Shown piece by piece: positions 10,001 to 18,908 of a stretch of 64,000 bases of DNA; within the stretch, counting starts at the first letter, position 1; each line of letters begins with the position of its first letter. Source of the stretch: Longimicrobiales bacterium (lineage in GTDB: Bacteria > Gemmatimonadota > Gemmatimonadetes > Longimicrobiales > Gaopeijiaceae); the NCBI GenBank assembly GCA_965238005.1, contig OZ250165.1, positions 64,001 through 128,000 of the forward strand, given 5' to 3'. Below the pieces are notes generated by a model, which ran no database searches, was not told where the DNA came from, and worked only from the letters and a program-made list of their open reading frames with translations. Position numbers and translations under genes: made by a program.

Positions 10001-11407
10001 ATGTCTGACCTCGGCTCGCTCCTGCCCTCGGTCCTGACCCCCCCGCCCGGACCGCGCTCAAAGGCTCTGGCGGAGCGGTTGCGGCGAGTCGAGTCCAGGA
10101 ACGTCACGTTCCTAGCCGAGCGATTTCCGGTGTTCTGGGAAGCCGCTGCCGGCGCCAACGTGCGGGACGTGGACGGGAACGTCTACGTCGACTTCACCGG
10201 TGCTTTCGGTGTCGCCATGGCGGGTCATGCCCATCCACGCATCCGGGCTGCCCTAGAGGAGCAGTCCGGCCGCCTCGTTCACGGGATGGGGGACGTGCAC
10301 CCGCCCGAGCTCAAGCTCGAGCTTCTGGAGCGGCTCGCCCGCCTGGCGCCATGGGAGGAGACCCGGGGAGTTCTCGCCTCCTCCGGATCGGAGGCTGTCG
10401 AGATCGCTCTCAAGACCGCCGAGCTGTCTACCGGCCGGTCCGGAGTACTGGCGTTCGAGGGCGGCTATCACGGACTCACCCTCGGAAGCCTGGCGGTGAC
10501 GGAACGCACGTACTTCCGGGGGCCGTTCCGGGGACGACTTCACGACCGTGTGGCCTTTGTGCCCTTTCCCAAGGGCGAGGATGCGGAGGCCGTTCTCGTG
10601 GACGTCGAGCGCATCCTGACGGGAGACGGCCCGTTCAAGGATCCCATCGGGTCGGTGGTCGTGGAGCCCATTCAGGGGAGGGCGGGAGTACGCGTGCCGC
10701 CGTCCGGCTTCCTGAGCGGCCTGGCGGAGCTGACCAGATCGGCCGGGGCTCTTCTCGTCTTCGACGAGATCTTCACCGGCTTCGGCCGCACGGGTACGCT
10801 TTTCGCGTTCGAGCACGAGGGAATGATTCCGGACATCCTCTGCGTAGGCAAGGCGCTGGGCGGCGGTCTTCCCCTGAGCGCCTGTCTGGGACCTCGCGAG
10901 GTCATGGATGCGTGGCCCGACTCCACGGGCGAGGCGCTGCACACGAGCACGTTCCTGGGTCACCCCCTGTCGTGCGCCGCGGCGCTCGCCTTCCTGGACG
11001 TCCTGGAAGAGGAGGATCTGGCAGGTCGGGCCGCCACCCTGGGCGGCCGCTTGCTCGAGGGCCTCGGCGAGGCTCTGGTCGGCGTGACCCCCGGCGTGCA
11101 GGATGTCCGGGGCCGAGGCTTGCTCATCGGCATCGAGCTGAGCGCGTTGGAGGGTGATGGTCCGGGCGGTGCCGGGGACCGGCTCGCCACTGCCGGAGCC
11201 ACCATTGCCGAAGTCACCACCGCCGGAGCCACCACCGCTGGAGCCTCGATCGCCGAGGCCGCCCTCTCCAGGGGGCTCCTGGTCCTGCCGGCCGGCGCCG
11301 GAGGAGAGGTCGTGGAGATCGCACCGCCGGCGGTGATCTCAGAGGCGCAGGTGGACTTCGGCATCGAGTGTCTGGTGGAAGTCATACGGGAAGGGCTCGC
11401 CCCATGA
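10001..11407 (+). CDS. Class III PLP aminotransferase
   Basis: DVDGNVYVDF, SGSEAVEIALK, GGYHG, EPIQG, FDEIFTGFGRTG, GKALGGG, HTSTF. Confidence 0.92.
   Translation: MSDLGSLLPSVLTPPPGPRSKALAERLRRVESRNVTFLAERFPVFWEAAAGANVRDVDGNVYVDFTGAFGVAMAGHAHPRIRAALEEQSGRLVHGMGDVHPPELKLELLERLARLAPWEETRGVLASSGSEAVEIALKTAELSTGRSGVLAFEGGYHGLTLGSLAVTERTYFRGPFRGRLHDRVAFVPFPKGEDAEAVLVDVERILTGDGPFKDPIGSVVVEPIQGRAGVRVPPSGFLSGLAELTRSAGALLVFDEIFTGFGRTGTLFAFEHEGMIPDILCVGKALGGGLPLSACLGPREVMDAWPDSTGEALHTSTFLGHPLSCAAALAFLDVLEEEDLAGRAATLGGRLLEGLGEALVGVTPGVQDVRGRGLLIGIELSALEGDGPGGAGDRLATAGATIAEVTTAGATTAGASIAEAALSRGLLVLPAGAGGEVVEIAPPAVISEAQVDFGIECLVEVIREGLAP
11186..11260 (+). repeat. Five degenerate 15-bp tandem units inside the aminotransferase gene
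   Basis: gccactgccggagcc / accattgccgaagtc / accaccgccggagcc / accaccgctggagcc / tcgatcgccgaggcc. Confidence 0.8.
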
Positions 11408-11438
11408 CCCGACTCCGCTCCACTCCGGAGGCTCGTTC

Positions 11439-12095
11439 GTGACCCGCGCCCACTCCTGGGACGCCGTCCTGTTCGATCTCGATGGGACCCTGGCGGACAC
11501 CACCGAGCTCATTCTGCGGTCGTTTCGACACGCCACCCTCACGCATCTCGGCCGGGAGGGTGACGACGGCGACTGGCTCGCCACCATGGGCATGCCCCTG
11601 CACGTGCAGATGAAGGACTTCGCCCGCTCGGCGGAGGAGGCCGAGGCCATGGTGGAGACGTACGGCGCGTTCCAGCGCACGGTCCACGACGAGATGGTGC
11701 GCGCGTTTCCCGGGGTGGTGGAGACGGTGGCGCGCCTGAAGGAGTCGGGCACGCGCATGGCGGTGGTGACGAGCAAGGCACGGCAGATGACTCTGCGCAC
11801 CCTGGCGTGCTGCGGGATGGAGGACGCCTTCGAGGTGCTTGTCACCGTCGACGATGTGGGAAGGGGCAAGCCCGATCCGGAGCCGGTGAACCTGGCCATG
11901 GAGCGCCTGGGCGTCGAGGGGCCCGAGGGCGTGGTCTTTCTAGGGGATTCTCCCTACGACGCGATGGCGGGTAAGGCGGCCGGAGTGTACACGGCCGCGG
12001 CGCTGTGGGGGCCTTTCACGCGAGCGCGGCTCGAGGAGGTCGAGCCGCATTTCTACCTGGAGAGCCCCCGGGAGCTGCTGGATCTGGGGCCGTAG
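11439..12095 (+). CDS. HAD-superfamily hydrolase (PpaX-like)
   Basis: FDLDGTL, VVTSK, GKPDPEP, GDSPYD. Confidence 0.9.
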   Translation: MTRAHSWDAVLFDLDGTLADTTELILRSFRHATLTHLGREGDDGDWLATMGMPLHVQMKDFARSAEEAEAMVETYGAFQRTVHDEMVRAFPGVVETVARLKESGTRMAVVTSKARQMTLRTLACCGMEDAFEVLVTVDDVGRGKPDPEPVNLAMERLGVEGPEGVVFLGDSPYDAMAGKAAGVYTAAALWGPFTRARLEEVEPHFYLESPRELLDLGP

Positions 12096-12100
12096 GTGGC

Positions 12101-12391
12101 TTAGCGCGCCGAGGTGGCGAAGTCGACCCGCCCCGCCAAGTCGAGGTCTTTCTGGGTGAGACCTTTCGCTTCGTGCGTCGTCAACGTCAGGCTCACCGTC
12201 GTGTAGCGGATATCGATGTCCGGATGGTGGTCCATATCGTCGGCCAGGCTGGCCACTCGGTTGACGAACACGATGGCGTCGCGGAAGGACGCGAAACTGA
12301 ACCCTTTGATCAGCGTCTTGCCCTTCCGCTTCCACCCCTCTCGCCCGTTCAACCACCCACGGATGGACTCGTCGTTCAGCTTCTCGGCCAT
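12101..12391 (-). CDS. phhB: 4a-hydroxytetrahydrobiopterin (pterin-4a-carbinolamine) dehydratase
   Basis: DHHPDI, LTTHEAKGLTQKD; 96 aa from ATG 12391. Confidence 0.9.
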   Translation of the reverse strand: MAEKLNDESIRGWLNGREGWKRKGKTLIKGFSFASFRDAIVFVNRVASLADDMDHHPDIDIRYTTVSLTLTTHEAKGLTQKDLDLAGRVDFATSAR

Positions 12392-12475
12392 GTATCTTTC
12401 AGGTTCCCTTGATCGCCTGCCCAATTCGTTGGGACTTGATGACTTAACCCATAGGCACCCCACCGTTCCGTGGGG

Positions 12476-12504
12476 TTGAATCGGGAGGGGATCCTATTTA
12501 TGGT
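12476..12504 (+). promoter_or_regulatory. Putative sigma-70 promoter for the tRNA pair
   Basis: TTGAAT-17 bp-TATGGT, ending 32 nt upstream of tRNA-Glu. Confidence 0.55.
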
Positions 12505-12536
12505 TTCGGCCCTCACAGCGAGAGGTCACAGCATTT

Positions 12537-12609
12537 GCCCCCATCGTCTAGTGGCCTAGGACACCTGGTTCTCAGCCAGGAAACCGGGGTTCGATTCCCC
12601 GTGGGGGTA
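12537..12609 (+). tRNA. tRNA-Glu (anticodon CTC)
   Basis: Cloverleaf: acceptor GCCCCCA/TGGGGGT, anticodon arm CCTGG-TTCTCAG-CCAGG, T loop TTCGATT; CCA not encoded. Confidence 0.95.
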
Positions 12610-12659
12610 CTGATTCTCGAACGACTGGATCGCGGCTGGGGCGCCGCGTTCTCAGCCGG

Positions 12660-12732
12660 GGTCGCTTAGCTCAGTTGGTAGAGTACTACGCTCACATCGT
12701 AGGGGTCACTGGTTCGAGTCCAGTAGCGACCA
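12660..12732 (+). tRNA. tRNA-Val (anticodon CAC)
   Basis: Acceptor GGTCGCT/AGCGACC, anticodon arm CTACG-CTCACAT-CGTAG, T loop TTCGAGT. Confidence 0.95.
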
Positions 12733-12743
12733 CTCCCTAACAG

Positions 12744-12780
12744 AAAGCGCCGCAAGGTTTTCTGGACCTGCGGCGCTTTT
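12744..12780 (+). terminator. Hairpin, probable intrinsic terminator after tRNA-Val
   Basis: AAAGCGCCGCA...TGCGGCGCTTTT inverted repeat with T tail. Confidence 0.7.
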
Positions 12781-12817
12781 CGTATTTCCCTGGCTGTGTC
12801 CCGATTGTGTCCCGGAA

Positions 12818-13050
12818 TCAGCCCTCCAGCTCCACGACGCGGAGCACCGTCGCGGGATCGGCCTGCTGGTAGGACACCTTTATCGCCCGTGTGTTCTTCC
12901 ATCCGGCAGCGTGCGCGACGTCAACGTCTGGGAGGCCCTTCCGCTCGCTCGCCCAAAGCCTCCGGTAGGGGTGGAAGGTCCCTCGGTCCAGCTTGGGCAG
13001 CTTGGCCAGTGCCTCTGCCCGTCGTAGCCACTTCGCGGCGAGCGGCTGTG
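12818..13050 (-). pseudogene. C-terminal remnant of a tyrosine recombinase/integrase
   Basis: Not in the ORF track. Manual translation LAAKWLRRAEALAKLPKLDRGTFHPYRRLWASERKGLPDVDVAHAAGWKNTRAIKVSYQQADPATVLRVVELEG* has HxxR, GW and a catalytic Tyr. Convergent on the tRNA 3' end. Confidence 0.8.
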
Positions 13051-13249
13051 TTACATGGCGGAATGCCCCTACGTGGATCGCACCGAGCCCCAGAAGCCCC
13101 TTCGAGGTACCGGCGATGAAATCCCGTCGCGTCGTCCCGAGTGACCTCCCGCGCTGTGCGGTTCAGTTGCGTCTGAGGCGCTGTTGGCACTGCTGCGTCT
13201 CCCCGGGCGTGTTGGCTACGGATGCGCGTCCGTTCAGCGGCACCTCAGG

Positions 13250-14680
13250 CTATCTATGCAGCGCCTCGATCTGTTCGATCATCTCCGCCGATTCCCGCGG
13301 CCCGAACAGCCCTCCGAGAAGCATGGCTGCCGCACTCGCGAAGAGCGCGACCACCACCGGTGCCAGCCCGATGTCGATCACGCCCGCCTGGACCAGAACG
13401 TAGACGACGGCACCCAAGAACACCGCTCCCACGCCCCCGGCCAGATTGGCCTTCTTCCACCATAGCCCGGCGATGGTGGGTACGAACAGACTCGCACTCA
13501 GCACCCCGACCCCCGCCGTGTAGAACTGGGTGATCAGCTCGGGGGGTGAGAACGCCCAGAACAGCGCCGCCGTCCCGATCACCCAGGTGGACCCGATCCG
13601 GACGAAGCTCAACGTCCGCTCGCTCGCCCGGTCACGTAGAAAGCCGCCCAGGATGTCGTGCGCGATGGACGAGCTACACGCCAGAAGCAGCGCGTCGGTG
13701 GTGGACATTACGGCCGCCAGCACAGCGGCGACGGCGATCCCCCGGATGAGCGGCGGGAACTGCGTCTCCATGACGCGCAGGAAAAGCTGATCGGCATCCT
13801 GGAGCCCCGGAAAATCGATCCTGCCCACGGGGACGATGGCCAACACCGCGGCGAGGATCATGACGCTGTAGACCAACATGGCCAGGTTGAGCGATAGCCG
13901 GGCGCTCTCGGCGTCCTTGGCGGTGAAGACCCTCATGACGATGTGGGGGATTACCGGGATCGCCGTCGCCCAGATGATGAAGTAGCCCAGATAGCTGGAC
14001 ACAGGTAGGTGCTTTACCTGCCCGAGCTCGGGTGCCACGGCCGTGGCCTGGCTCATGATCTCGAACGGCGATCCCACCTTCCACACCAGGACGAGGGCCG
14101 TACCGACGACGACGATCACCATGAGGATCCCCTGGATCACGTCCGTCTAGGTGATGGCGACCATGCCGCCGAAGGAGACGTAGATGATGAACACCACCGT
14201 GGCCAGCGTGAGGGCGGTGTCGTAGGGGATCCCCAGCAGCGCCTCGGCAGTGATCCCTGCCGCCTTGAGCTGCGCTACGATGTAGATGGTGAATGCGGCG
14301 ACGATCAGGATCGGGACCAGGTACCGGACCACCGCGTGCGGGTACCGAAAGATCAGAAAGTCGGTGATCGTGAACTTGCCGAAATTGCGGAGCGGCTTCG
14401 CGACGAGGATCGAAGCCAGCGGAAAGCCGACCACGGCTCCGCCGAACAAGGCCAGCGTCGCGGGGATGCCCTGGGCGTAGGCGAGCCCCATGACCCCGAT
14501 GATGGAGCCCCCACTCGCGAGCGCCGCCATGATCGCCAGGGAGTTCACTACCGTGCCGATGCGGCGACCCGCGACCCAGTACTCGTCGCGGGAGCCCATG
14601 ACCTTCTTCGAGGCTGCGATGCCGATGCCGACGCAGCCGAAGAGGTAGATCCCTACGAGGATGCGCTCGAGGAGCATCAA
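13250..14680 (-). pseudogene. Sodium:solute symporter family gene with an in-frame TAG
   Basis: ORFs 14147..14680 and 13250..14140 share a frame; the junction reads GGMVAIT*TDVIQG (family motif has W here); AAVMSTTD present. Confidence 0.88.
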
Positions 14681-14967
14681 CCGGCCTTCCCGTCGCCTAT
14701 CCCATTACGGGCGGATCGGCTGCCGTCGCCCCTGGCACGGTCACCCGAGACGGCGTTGCTTGATGTGCCGCCACTCCCCAGCCGCCAAAACGTGAAGAGG
14801 GCGAGTGCCGGCGAGACCAGCATCAACGTCGCGATGAGCCATCCGAACACCGCCATGCCGCCGAGCTCGATGGTGCGCCACGCCGGGATGAACGCGAACG
14901 CGACGAAAGCGATGAGGAAGACCAGGGTGGCCGCCTCCCCGCGTTCCATGGGGAAGAAGGACTTCAT
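14677..14967 (-). CDS. Small two-TM membrane protein, likely symporter partner
   Basis: Two hydrophobic segments; stop overlaps the symporter start. Confidence 0.6.
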   Translation of the reverse strand: MKSFFPMERGEAATLVFLIAFVAFAFIPAWRTIELGGMAVFGWLIATLMLVSPALALFTFWRLGSGGTSSNAVSGDRARGDGSRSARNGIGDGKAG

Positions 14968-15073
14968 CGGCGGTGGGCCGCCTTCACGGTTGCCGTCGGA
15001 CCGGCGAATAACTGTCCAACAGGGCAAGAAATTTGCAGGTCTCCGCTTGAAACAAGGGATTACTCAGGATCGT

Positions 15074-15101
15074 GACGTACGTATAACCGATTTTATGTCA
15101 A
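15074..15101 (-). promoter_or_regulatory. Putative promoter of the symporter operon
   Basis: Perfect TTGACA at 15101-15096 in an AT-rich patch; only a weak -10 (TACGTC). Confidence 0.4.
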
Positions 15102-15359
15102 GTTAAGGCCCTCTGAGGCCGTTGATCTGCATCATTAGTCACTGGCTCTCTGCTGACGATCGCACCGCCGACTGGCATGGGATCGGGTGGTCGGAAGTCC
15201 ACGCACACTCCGGTCGTCGGACACGCGAACACGGTCCCCCCGAGGGTGATCTTCTCCTCATCGCCCCCCGAAGATGCTGAGGTTACATGCGGGCGCGAAC
15301 GACGCGGCGAGTGCGAACGCGAGGACCATCAGGAACGACCTGAGCTTTGCATTCCTCAC
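15100..15359 (-). pseudogene. Truncated and frameshifted lipoprotein gene
   Basis: GGAG RBS then GTG 15359: VRNAKLRSFLMVLAFALAASFAPAC (lipobox). Frameshift in a G6 run (15264-15269), then DEEKITLGGTVFACPTTG... Confidence 0.5.
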
Positions 15360-15377
15360 TGAGCCCTCCTTCCCGCG

Positions 15378-15431
15378 CTCCGGGATCAGACCTTCGTCAA
15401 CATCCATGCACGGTCCGGTAGGCGCAAGCAG
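15378..15431 (-). repeat. 54-bp dispersed repeat, copy 1 (promoter-like)
   Basis: 46/54 identical to 21672-21725. Confidence 0.85.
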
Positions 15432-15689
15432 AAGCCTGTCAGACGCCTGTATTTGCGTGTGAGGCGTCTTCGGACTTTGTTCAGTATCTGGGTAGGCTGG
15501 AGCGTCCTCGTGGCTTAGAGGGCTTTATCGCTCGACCGCGTCTGACGCCCGACGACGACTGAGCGCGGCGACCCTCACGATGATACCAAAGGCGTCCCTG
15601 GCCCTCCCTACTGTCGCGCCCGGCTTCCTAGCCGCATGTTTGCCCCCTTGGTACCGTCGCCGTTCCACGTCGGAAGCGGGAGGACACTC

Positions 15690-16823
15690 ATGCGCGGCAT
15701 CCTGACCACCCTCGGGGCGGCCTTCCTGACCGTCATCCTTGTGGCCGCGTACATGGTCCGAGCCCCTGAGCCCCTACCCGCCGACACAGACGGCCTAATG
15801 GCCACAGCGGCCGAAGCGTACCTCGGAACCCTCAGTAGTGCCGAGCGCGATCGCGGCACGTGGAAGCTGGATGCGGAGCAACGCTTCGATTGGCATTTCA
15901 TACCTCGCGAGCGATACGGTGTCCGGCTCAAGGACATGAACCCGGAGCAGCGCACCGCCGCCCACGGGCTCCTGCAGAGCGTTCTCAGCTCGCAGGGCTA
16001 CCTGAAGGCGACCGGGGTCATGCAGCTCGAGGGGATCCTCGGCCAGATCGAGGGCCGGCCGGATCGACGTGATCCCGAGGACTACTACTTCAACATCTTC
16101 GGCGCCCCCTCCGAGGACGGGGCCTGGGCCTGGCGGTTCGAGGGACACCACATCTCGATGAACTTCGCCGCGGCCGGAGGCGGTCCTCCGTCTGTGACTC
16201 CGGCGTTCCTGGGTTCGAATCCGCACGTGGTGGGAGAGGGCCCGAACGCCGGGCGACGCCTCCTGGGAGCCGAGGAGGATCTGGCCCGCGAGCTCCTGGC
16301 CCTCCTCACCGACGCCCAACTCCGGACCGTCATCATCGAGGCGGAAGCTCCCCCCGACATCGTCACCGGGAACGCGCGGACGGTGGAACTGGATCGCTTC
16401 GAAGGGCTGCCCGCCTCGGAAATGAACGATGCGCAGAGTCACGCGCTGATGCATGTCATCGAGGAATACCTGAACAATGCCAACGCCGACGTTGCCGACG
16501 CGGAGATGCAGCGAATCCACGAGGCCGGACTCGAGAACCTCCACTTCGCGTGGGCGGGGAGCACGGAGCGCGGCGAGGGTCACTACTACCGCATCCACGG
16601 ACCCACTGTGCTGATCGAGTACGACAACGTACAGGGTGGAGCCAACCACGTGCATTCGGTGTGGCGGGACCCCCAGAACGACTTCGGAGACGATCTGCTC
16701 CGCCGGCATTACGAGGAAGCGGAGCACCATCAGAACGACCGTTCCCCGAGCAGATCATCACCGGCCAAGGACGAGGCTCGGGCTCCATCAACGAAGGGGG
16801 GGGGTGCCGGTTTCGTAAATTAA
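15690..16823 (+). CDS. DUF3500-like exported protein
   Basis: N-terminal signal/TM; WRFEGHHIS, HYYRIHGP, HVHSVWRDPQNDFG. Confidence 0.8.
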   Translation: MRGILTTLGAAFLTVILVAAYMVRAPEPLPADTDGLMATAAEAYLGTLSSAERDRGTWKLDAEQRFDWHFIPRERYGVRLKDMNPEQRTAAHGLLQSVLSSQGYLKATGVMQLEGILGQIEGRPDRRDPEDYYFNIFGAPSEDGAWAWRFEGHHISMNFAAAGGGPPSVTPAFLGSNPHVVGEGPNAGRRLLGAEEDLARELLALLTDAQLRTVIIEAEAPPDIVTGNARTVELDRFEGLPASEMNDAQSHALMHVIEEYLNNANADVADAEMQRIHEAGLENLHFAWAGSTERGEGHYYRIHGPTVLIEYDNVQGGANHVHSVWRDPQNDFGDDLLRRHYEEAEHHQNDRSPSRSSPAKDEARAPSTKGGGAGFVN

Positions 16824-16824
16824 C

Positions 16825-16939
16825 TCATTGCCTCAACCGGACGCCAAAATCTGGGCGCTCAAAGTCCAAGCTGTTGAGGAAGATGTAGATCGCCCTCAAG
16901 TCTTCCTCGCTCATCCGGGAGAAGGGTCCCCTCATCTGT
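16825..16939 (-). pseudogene. 3' remnant of a cytochrome c-like gene
   Basis: Manual translation QMRGPFSRMSEEDLRAIYIFLNSL...*, resembling the C-terminal helix of class I cytochrome c domains; no CxxCH retained. Confidence 0.45.
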
Positions 16940-17043
16940 CACTTCAAGTAGCGAACAAGGGTCCGGGCCGGACGGGCCTCGACCTGAAACGGACTACACG
17001 GCGCGGACGCCTTCGTGAGCCCATCGGACCAGGAGAAACTCCC

Positions 17044-18687
17044 GTGATCAGCCATCTCGGAAAGTGTACGACTCTTCTCGTCGGCGCCGTGGGCGTCCTG
17101 ACGGTCCTCGGCATTTCCGCACACCCTGCCGACGCACAGGCCGCGCACCAACGCGATGACACGGCGCTCGGCTCCGTGCACTTCGACGTGTCGTGTCGCG
17201 CAGTGGCGGACGACTTCGATCGCGCCGTCGCCTTCCTCCATCACATGCAGTACGAGGAGTCACGGGCGGCCTTCGAGGCCATCGCGGAGGCGGACGCCGG
17301 CTGCGCCATGGCCCACTGGGGCATCGCCATGACCCTGTTCCAGCCGCTCTGGCCCGAGCGTCCCGGACCCCAAATCCTCGCCCGTGGCTGGAAAGAGGTG
17401 CAGAAGGCTCGAGAGCTAGGAGCGGGCGACGATCGAGAGGCTCGACTTGTGGACGCCGCGGGCGCCTTCTTCCAGGACCCGGACTCGGCCGATTGGTGGA
17501 CCCGTATCACGCGGTGGAGTGAGGCCATGTCGAGCGCGTACGAGGCCCATTCCGGCGATCGCGAAACGGCCGCTTTCTACGCGCTTTCCCAGCTCGCGGT
17601 CGGCCAGGTCGCCGAAGACCGCGTGGCCCACCAGAGTCGTGCCGCGAAGCTCCTCCTGGAGATATACGATGAGGAGCCGAGACACCCGGGAGCCATCCAT
17701 TACACCATCCACGCGAACGACGTAGCTACTCGGGCCAGCGAGTCCCTGGGGGTGGTGCGAAGCTACGACGATATCGCGCCCCAGGTGCCACACGCCCTCC
17801 ACATGCCGACGCACATCTTCGTGCGCCTGGGCGAGTGGCCGGAGGTGATCCTGTGGAATCGGAAGTCCGCGCAGGCCGCGCTCCAGTTCCCGGCCGGTGA
17901 TCGGCTGTCGCATCACTATCCCCACGCCCTGGACTATCTGGTCTATGCCCACCTCCAGCGTGGTGACGACCGGGCGGCTTCGGCGGTTTTGGGTGAGTTG
18001 TCCGGCCGGACTGAGCCCTTCCAGGGGACATTCATCAGCGCCTTCCATCTCGCGGCCGTGCAGGCTCGTTACGCCGTGGAGCGGCGCGCCTGGGCGGAGG
18101 CGACAGAGATCCAGGCACGATCTCCCGCGTCTCTCGACTGGGATCAGTTCTGGTGGGCCGAATCCTTGAGCTGGTTTGCGCGGGGTCTCGGAGCGGCCAA
18201 CACCGATGATGTTGAGGAAGCCGCTCGTGCGGAGAGCCGTATGGCACGTCTGCGCGACGCGGCGAGGGCGGCGGGCGAGCAGGCGTTCGTGACGTACATA
18301 GAGATCGACCGGCTGGTTCTTTCGGCTTGGCGGAGCTACGCAGCCGGACGGGCGGACCGAGCCTTGTCAACGATGAGGGAAGCGGTGGAGCTCGAAGCCA
18401 CCACTCAGAAGCATCCCGTCACGCCGGGCGCTCTGTACCCATCTCGGGAGGCTTTGGGCGACCTGCTGTCCCGGCTGGACCGACCGCGAGAAGCCCTGGT
18501 GGCGTACGAGGCTTCGTTGACCACGTGGCCCGGTCGATTCAACAGTCTCGTGGGCGCGGCCCGTGCGGCCAGAGCCGCCGGCCTGGATGACGTGGCTAGG
18601 GGACACTACGAGAGTCTGCTGGGGATCACATCGACGGAGAGCCAAAGACCGGCGGTCGCGGAGGCCCGGAGCTTCCTCCAGGGCTGA
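17044..18687 (+). CDS. Exported TPR-like protein with His-rich motifs
   Basis: AGGAG then GTG 17044; signal peptide ending ADAQA; CAMAHWG, HPGAIHYTIH, PHALHMPTHIF. Confidence 0.75.
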   Translation: MISHLGKCTTLLVGAVGVLTVLGISAHPADAQAAHQRDDTALGSVHFDVSCRAVADDFDRAVAFLHHMQYEESRAAFEAIAEADAGCAMAHWGIAMTLFQPLWPERPGPQILARGWKEVQKARELGAGDDREARLVDAAGAFFQDPDSADWWTRITRWSEAMSSAYEAHSGDRETAAFYALSQLAVGQVAEDRVAHQSRAAKLLLEIYDEEPRHPGAIHYTIHANDVATRASESLGVVRSYDDIAPQVPHALHMPTHIFVRLGEWPEVILWNRKSAQAALQFPAGDRLSHHYPHALDYLVYAHLQRGDDRAASAVLGELSGRTEPFQGTFISAFHLAAVQARYAVERRAWAEATEIQARSPASLDWDQFWWAESLSWFARGLGAANTDDVEEAARAESRMARLRDAARAAGEQAFVTYIEIDRLVLSAWRSYAAGRADRALSTMREAVELEATTQKHPVTPGALYPSREALGDLLSRLDRPREALVAYEASLTTWPGRFNSLVGAARAARAAGLDDVARGHYESLLGITSTESQRPAVAEARSFLQG

Positions 18688-18908
18688 ACGAGGCGAGGCC
18701 CGCTGGAGTCTCGCCCGAGTGGATGTTACAGGAGGCTGCGGGTAGGCAATGAGGGGGGAGGTGCGGGCTCTGAGATGCTCCTCGATCCTGGCTCTGAGGC
18801 TCTCCGCGGCCTGAGGGAGAGTGACCTGAGGGAGCAAGCCCCAAGTCTTTGCCAGGGAACGGTTCGACCAGTCTGTTTCAGAGCCCTGTCGAGCCAAACC
18901 GAGTAGGG

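Noticed and set aside
14147..14149. Pyrrolysine or genome-wide TAG recoding
   Set aside because: Many intact genes here end in TAG, there are no pyl genes in the window, and the codon replaces a Trp reachable by one transition.
18690..18900. Possible coding remnants at 18690-18900, 27689-27840 and 32700-32786
   Set aside because: They read like protein fragments but I could not assign any family from the sequence alone.
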